From the NCBI GenBank assembly GCA_001244265.2, contig CDLV01000004.1:3162001-3226000 (forward strand): DNA of 64,000 nucleotides, given 5' to 3'. The stretch comes from Microbotryum violaceum. Its lineage: Eukaryota. The notes under the pieces are model-generated. The model ran no database searches, was not told the DNA's origin, and saw only the letters and a program-made list of their open reading frames with translations. The translations under genes were made by a program, and so were the position numbers. Shown one piece after another: positions 57,713 through 64,000 of the stretch (its first letter is position 1; each line of letters begins with the position of its first letter).

Positions 57713-58750
57713 GGCGTCGATGGGAGACGTGAGGCGCAGGGGCGCGGCACAGGACGTAGGCGTGTTTCGAACGCGACGAGCGGTACAGGGCGAACGCACG
57801 ACAACGAGAGGTGGACACCAAGGCATCAGCACATGTCCAGAGTCTTTCCGGTATACGATGAACTCACCATTTCGACGTTCGGTACGACGTGACACGGCGC
57901 GGGCTGGGGACGGGCTGGGAGAAGGCCACCCGCGATCACACACGACGTGGCCCCAAAACAGGCGAGAACTCGCACGGACCCCTTCTCACCTTGCTTGGAC
58001 CCCCCAAAAGTTGAGCACGTCAAGTTGCTGCGCGAGTACTTCAACTCGAGGGATTACCCCATTGTGGTAGCAGAGTCGAATATCGGGAAAAAACCTCTCA
58101 TTTGAATCAAAATGTAACTCCCACTGCGGAGAGTTGCAATGGCATAGCAGCACTACCAGCAGGGTAGCTTTAGGACTCAGAACATTCGCGGCCACTTGTT
58201 GCCACGAGATGCACCGTGTTAACACACTGCATTGCGGGATAGAGTGCGAGTTCGATGCCGCTCAGGCCAAAGGAGGTGAGAAATCCTGGAATCATGGACA
58301 ATGCAAGAGCTTTTGGCTCATCGCTCAATCGGACAAGTTGCTTAGGGGCCAAAAAGAGTCGGAACCTAAAAGAGGTCACCGCCACTGCTTCCAACCGAAA
58401 GCGACGCGCTCAGCTCGCTCTCCTCTTGCCTTCCTCTCTCCATCCCTCCCTCCCTCCCTCCCTCCGTCCTCCATCTCAGACTTGCGACAGACCAGCATCC
58501 AACACGAACGGAGTACCAACACCTCGATTGCTTCGACCAGCTGTCACATCACTCCGAGCCCCCCTATCACGCCAATGTGAGTCCGTGATCGATGATCGAG
58601 CTGCTTGGAGTCAGGAGCTGTGTGGGGGCCGATCGCCATCAGCCAACCGCCCTCCGTTGTCGGTCGCACCAATAGCTGATCGGCCCATCCTGCCTTCTTC
58701 TTTAACATAATCAGAGCACCCAGCCCACACCCCACACCCCACAGCGCAAC

Positions 58751-59351
58751 ATGTCCGCGGAGCACACCACTTTGGTCAAGGGCGACAAGGTCCTGGAGAA
58801 GGTCGGAGACCAAAGTCAGTTCCCTTCAAGGGCCCTCGCAGTCATCAGCGTATCAGTCTCGCGTCGTTTAACCGATCTCGAGCTTGAAGGGCGGAGGTAT
58901 TTTGTCAACGTGCTGACCTATCTACCGCGTCTTGAACATCCCCAGTCGTCGCCGAGAAGGACTATGTCCGTGTTCTCAGTGGCTACAAGGCCACCGCACA
59001 CAAGCAGAACTTGCCCGAGGAGACCCGCAAGATGCATTCAGCCTCTCTCTCGGACATGGGCAGATCGCATTCTTCCTGACAGTAGTGACACTCGATCGAT
59101 AATGTGCTGACCCGATGTTGCGCTCATCCTCACAGCGCGCCGAAGAGATGATTCAGAAACTCGAGGAGTCGCACGCGGCCTCCGTCGGTGAAGGAGCAAG
59201 TGGTGGAGCAGGTGGTGGAAGTGGTGCAGACGAGGACCAGCATCAGCACCGCGTCGCCGGCGGTCTCAAAGCTGCGATCCACAACCCCAACGTGTCCGAG
59301 GAGGCCAAGCAGAGTGCTCAAGAAAAACTCGAGAAGCTAGGCGAGGCTTGA
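58751..59351 (+). CDS. Con-6 (conidiation-specific protein 6)-like protein, 121 aa if spliced; second donor reads AT instead of GT
   Basis: Exons 58751-58814, 58946-59031, 59136-59351; RVLSGYKATAH..PEETRKRAEEMI and HRVAGGLKAAIHNPNVSEEAKQSAQEKL Con-6 repeats. Confidence 0.85.
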
Positions 59352-60526
59352 GGGCTCGGCAACCACCCGCTCAAGATGGCAGAATTTACCTCCTCTCTCG
59401 AGTAACCTTCGCACATGAGGTCCAAGACTTGCATTCTCCCTTCCCATTTCACACGTCTTTCTTGCTGAACTGTGTGTAGCATGATGTCCTCCTCCGCAGT
59501 CGAGTGCTCGAATCTGGGTACTTCCCTTTGTGCCTCAGATTATCAGAACCGATCATATTTCATCGATCAACCTTCTTAGAGTTAGGTTGGGGCTGTATCA
59601 CGAGGTATTACAGCTCTTGAGCCGCCTTTGTGGGCCGGAAAACCTTCACTCTGGCACAGGACTGGAACCGCTCTGTCCTGCTCACCCCAGATAGTTGAGA
59701 CCCGAGCACACTGGATTCTACAGTACTCGATCGTCGTGTTTCACCAAGAAAATTTCAACCACCAAGTTAATATACGAGGCGAGGTGTTTCGGTGAGGAAA
59801 CAGCAACGAATCGATTCGCAGATCTCTCCGTCCATTTCTTTTTTCTCGCTGGCGTAAGGTGCTTGGCACACCCAACAGCCGTTGCATGGGTTGGAGTCGA
59901 CTATTTGCATTTCTAGCTCGAGTGAGAGTATTCTCTTTTTTTACTATGAAAAGGGGAGACAGAAGGAGGCTAGGGCTAGATTGTCTCAGCTCGGCGAGGA
60001 AAAGCGCTGCGTCGGACCCAAGGAACAGAGTATGCAGTGATGCTCGAGGATTGGACTCCTGGTGCATGCCTCGTAGGACGGCGGAGTTCGTGCTTGATGT
60101 AGTGATCACGAGCTGACATTGCAGAATGTGTGGAAGAGTGCGAGAACCGTCAACATCCTATCGGCGGAGTCGGACCAAGTCTAGCCTTTTCAGAGGTCGC
60201 ACAGCACTGCCGCTCGGACCAGGCAAGCTCGTCGCCCGTCGGCTTGCCTTGCCGGTGTGCGCGTCAGGCGGCGGCGGAGCCCAGCCGTTGCGCTGCTCAT
60301 CTCGGCAACCTCAACCGCAACTCTCAGGTACGTCACCCGTTAATCTCGCCGCTCTTACCGAAGGTATGCAGCACTGTCCATTCCATTCATCTTCCAGGTG
60401 CTTCCCCGCCCGGACTTACTCAGACTCCACACTTTGCCTCGTCTCGACTTCGCAACCGATTCGAACCTCGCAACCGTTCTCAGCTCTTTCCTCCCTCACC
60501 AACCACACCACACTTGACTACGCACC

Positions 60527-61196
60527 ATGTCGTCCTTCCTCTCCCGTTCCACTGCGCCCGCAGCCTTGTCGCCGCAAGAGTCTGAACAACGCAAACAGCA
60601 GGTGATGCAGCAAGTCAGGGAACAGCTCGCGCTCGCCAACGCCCAGGAACTGATCAACGTACGTCACTTGGATACCCTCCATCGGAGGAGGTGCTATTTC
60701 GTCGAGGTCGAGTTGCTAAAGCTCTTTTTTATTCGATGCTGCTGATCCTACGCAGAAAATGAACGAGAAATGGTGAGCAAACCACCGCATTCCGTACTCG
60801 CATGGTTCATCCCACCAACGACCAGACTTGTCCTTCGTCCCATCCATGTACCCAGTCCTAACCCTCCCTTTCATTGCCCCTCCCCCCCTTTTCAAAAACT
60901 CCCAGCTTCGCCAAATGCATCCTCAAACCTTCGACGAGCCTCGGCAGTTCGGACGAGAGTTGTCTCACGCAATGCACGGACCGATATTTGGAAGCTTGTA
61001 AGTGTTTCCCTTCTTCTTCTTTTTCTTTCCCTATCATCTCATCTTCAAATCTTCTGATCACCAAATTTTTATCCGTATTGTCTTCCCGATAGTCAACGTC
61101 GTTTCGAGATCGTACACCACGCGCTTGAACAGGGAAAGAGAGAATGCGCAGATCGGGCAGTTGGGGGACGGGATGGGCGGGGAGGGGTTGAACTGA
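60527..61196 (+). CDS. TIM13: Mitochondrial intermembrane-space chaperone Tim13 (4 exons)
   Basis: VMQQVREQLALANAQELIN/KMNEKC/FAKCILKP..CLTQCTDRYLEA/FNVVSRSY twin CX3C motif. Confidence 0.93.
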
Positions 61197-61365
61197 TCAA
61201 AGCCACGGAGATTCATGTAATCCATAAAACGACCCATCGCGTCAGAGAGTGGAAAGCAAGGACAAGTGTCGACTCGTCAGGAGAGAAACTTCCTCCCGAG
61301 CCAGGGAAAGGTAAAAGTATCCGATCAACGATCGAAGCACATAAACAGAGTGATGTCATTGCAAC

Positions 61366-64000
61366 CTATGCAGCAAAATCCCTCAACTTGGCATACTGCG
61401 TCGGTGCAAACTTGCCCTTCAACAACTTGATGATCCACAAGGGGGCAGCGGAGACGGCGACAATGAAGCCGACTTTCCAAATGAAGGGGAGCGACATGAC
61501 AAAGTTGAGATCTGTCAATCCAAATAAGTTTAAAAGAGGTCAGTATATCTGCACATTTGGAATGGGCGAACGGATAGCAAGACGCACCAAAGTATTCCGG
61601 AAGGAATAAGATCGACGTAACGTAAAGCCCCAACGTGATCACCTCGGAAAGAATCATCAACGTGTGCCATGTCGTGACTTCCACACCGACCATAATCAGT
61701 TCGTTCAACACGAGCGCGGTGAAGGAGATGGAGACGATATTGAGGAACTCGGATTCGAAGAGGACGAGGGAGGCGATCATAATGGTTCCGCCTGGGACAA
61801 GGAGTGGGAGACGGGTTAGTCTGCAAACGCAAGGGGTATATGCGTGTCGATGTCTCTCACCTTGGTAGATGGAAATCATGAGCCAGGTGAAGAAGGTTTT
61901 GTACGAAAGGGCTCGACCCTGACAAGATGGGAGGATGAACATCAATCTGTGTCCATGCACACCGTTCCCGCCAAGTCATGGACTCACCTTGGTCAACTCC
62001 TTGTACAACTCGGGTACAACAACGCGACGTCCTCATTCACATCCCGATCCAATACGAGGGAAAACACTGGCAACATCGTATACGCCGTCGCATACCCAAC
62101 CATCAACCAACCTTGATAAATCGCGATAGGCGAAAAGTAAAACACCGACGAGAACACGGCCTGAACGACAGAAATGATTAAACCACGGTGAATGACGAAT
62201 TGGGCCAATTTGGCCGAGCGTTTGTACGAGTTTCGACCGTGCCATACGAGGAGTTTGGTGAGGTAAGAGAATTGGTTGATGGAGAAATCGGCGGCGAGGG
62301 AAGCTTGACGACCTTCTTTGCCTACGATGCCGACGCCGACGTCGGCGGCTTGGATCATCGAGACGTCGTTACCACCGTCACCGATACAGCAGACGCGTTT
62401 CTTGGTGTAGGCTCGAATGAGACGGGCGACATCGGCTTTTTGCGTAGGTGAACAACGACACGCAACGACGGTCGACAGTTTCGTCGAGAGGGCGATGAAG
62501 TCTTCCCTGAAGTGTTCGATGCACAACTGCAAGGATTCGCCATCGATGACGAGGCAACAATCCAACTTGGTCCGAAGGAAGTCCAATTCGTCCCTCGCGT
62601 CCGCAGGTGACTTCAATTTGGCGACTTGATGAATGAACTGATTCCTCGAGACAAGCTTGGTCGAGATGGCAATACAAGTCGCGGTCTCGATCTTGTCCCC
62701 TGTCAGCATCCAAATCTTGATCCCGGCGTTGCGCAATAGCTCGATCGTCATCTTGACGTCGTCCTGCAACTTGTCCTCGACACCGGTCACCCCGAGCAAT
62801 TCCAAATCGCGTTCGAGGTGTTCGCCAATGACACGCTGAATCGAAGCCGCTCGATCGCCCAAAGCGACCTTGGCTTCCCGATGCGCCTCATCGAACCTCG
62901 CCCATGCCTCTTCAGACAACCTCTTGCGAGCCATCACGAGTGTCCTCAACCCCTCCCTCGCCATATTCCCACATTCCTCCTCGAGCCAATCGTTGTATAC
63001 GACGATTTTGGCCATCACTGCATCAGCACCCTTTTGGTAGAAAAAGATCTCGCCCGTCTTTCGATCACGAATGACGATGCCCATGCGTTTGGATTCTGAA
63101 GTGAAGGGGAACACTTCGAGGATATCAAAGGAGAAGGCTTGGCCTGTCGAGGTGCGGAGGGACATGGAGGTTCGGTCGCGGTTGGAGAGCGTCAGGCCGA
63201 CGGATTCGGTCCAGCGCACGATCGCGACTTCGTCAGGTGAGGAAGCTTGATAGGTGATAGAGCCGTCGTCGTCGACCGCGGGGGTGACCTGCAGAGAAGA
63301 AGGGCCGCATTAATGACGCCCGTTGACAGTAGCATGACGTCGAGGGACTGACGTTATGACACAAAGCCAGCGCCAGCACGACGTCCTTGACTCGCGAAGA
63401 CATATCTCGCCGTCCCCTCGTCGCCAACGCCACACCAGTCGTCAACGTGGTTCCCGCACGTCGTTCTGTAAGGCAAAACCAAGAAGGTTCAGACTTCATG
63501 CACAGCAAATTCAGACCCGATGTCCCTTACCTTCATCAGTCAGACCCAAGGCCATCGACAGTTGATGCGCGACTTCATCCATCGAGTCAACAGCATACGA
63601 CATGGTACCCAAGTGCAGCTTCTTCAACTCCATCTCTGCATTTCCCACCCCACCAAAAAGAGCCAATCAGCACTCACTCTAGCTCGAGCTCGAGCACCGA
63701 ACCACTTCCCCAACTGACCGTTCTGCGTCAACGTTCCTGTTTTATCACTGAGCAAATACTCGATCCGGCCCAACTCCTCCGGCAGCGTCGACGTGCGTAC
63801 GATCGTTTCAGGTATTTCAGAGTCGTTCATGATTTGGTGCGCGTAGACGGTCTTGCCCATGTCGAGGTTGACGCGGAGACTGTTGGAATCGGGCCTCCTA
63901 AAAGTCAGCTTGTGATGATCGTGAAGTTGTTTCGAGGCAGGTTCACTTACGAGATGGGAATGATGGAGGAGAAAAGAATGAGGAAGCGAAAGACATAGAT
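61366..64000 (-). CDS. NEO1: Neo1/ATP9-type P4-ATPase flippase, 3' part (5' end outside window), with apparent 1-bp deletion at ~62012
   Basis: [79 protein letters not shown]. Confidence 0.95.

Overview
Eukaryotic, intron-rich fungal DNA. It is basidiomycete-like; a Microbotryum-type Pucciniomycotina fungus is my best guess, by inference only. The left ~50 kb is TE-saturated with deep nesting: two Copia LTR retrotransposons (one with non-canonical AGT..ATT LTR ends and two solo LTRs inside it), two L1/Tx1-type LINE families, a MULE derivative, a TA-flanked long-TIR element, and three ends of a DNA-transposon family with ~31-bp TIRs and an 8-bp TSD. Host genes are CBF1-like bHLH, NIF3, Clp1-like, delta-COP (RET2), a Con-6-like gene, TIM13 and a NEO1-type P4-ATPase. 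Main highlights: (1) a near full-length LINE whose 5' end is fused to the 5' domain of U5 snRNA, cut off at the Sm site; (2) a cluster of four ~72-76 aa three-exon microprotein genes, not recovered as spliced genes by the ORF track, homologous to the N-terminal module of the Con-6-like gene; (3) a P-element-like (31-bp TIR/8-bp TSD) fungal transposon family inserted upstream of genes; (4) a candidate structured ncRNA at ~50.1-50.3 kb. Family assignments come from motif recognition, not database searches.
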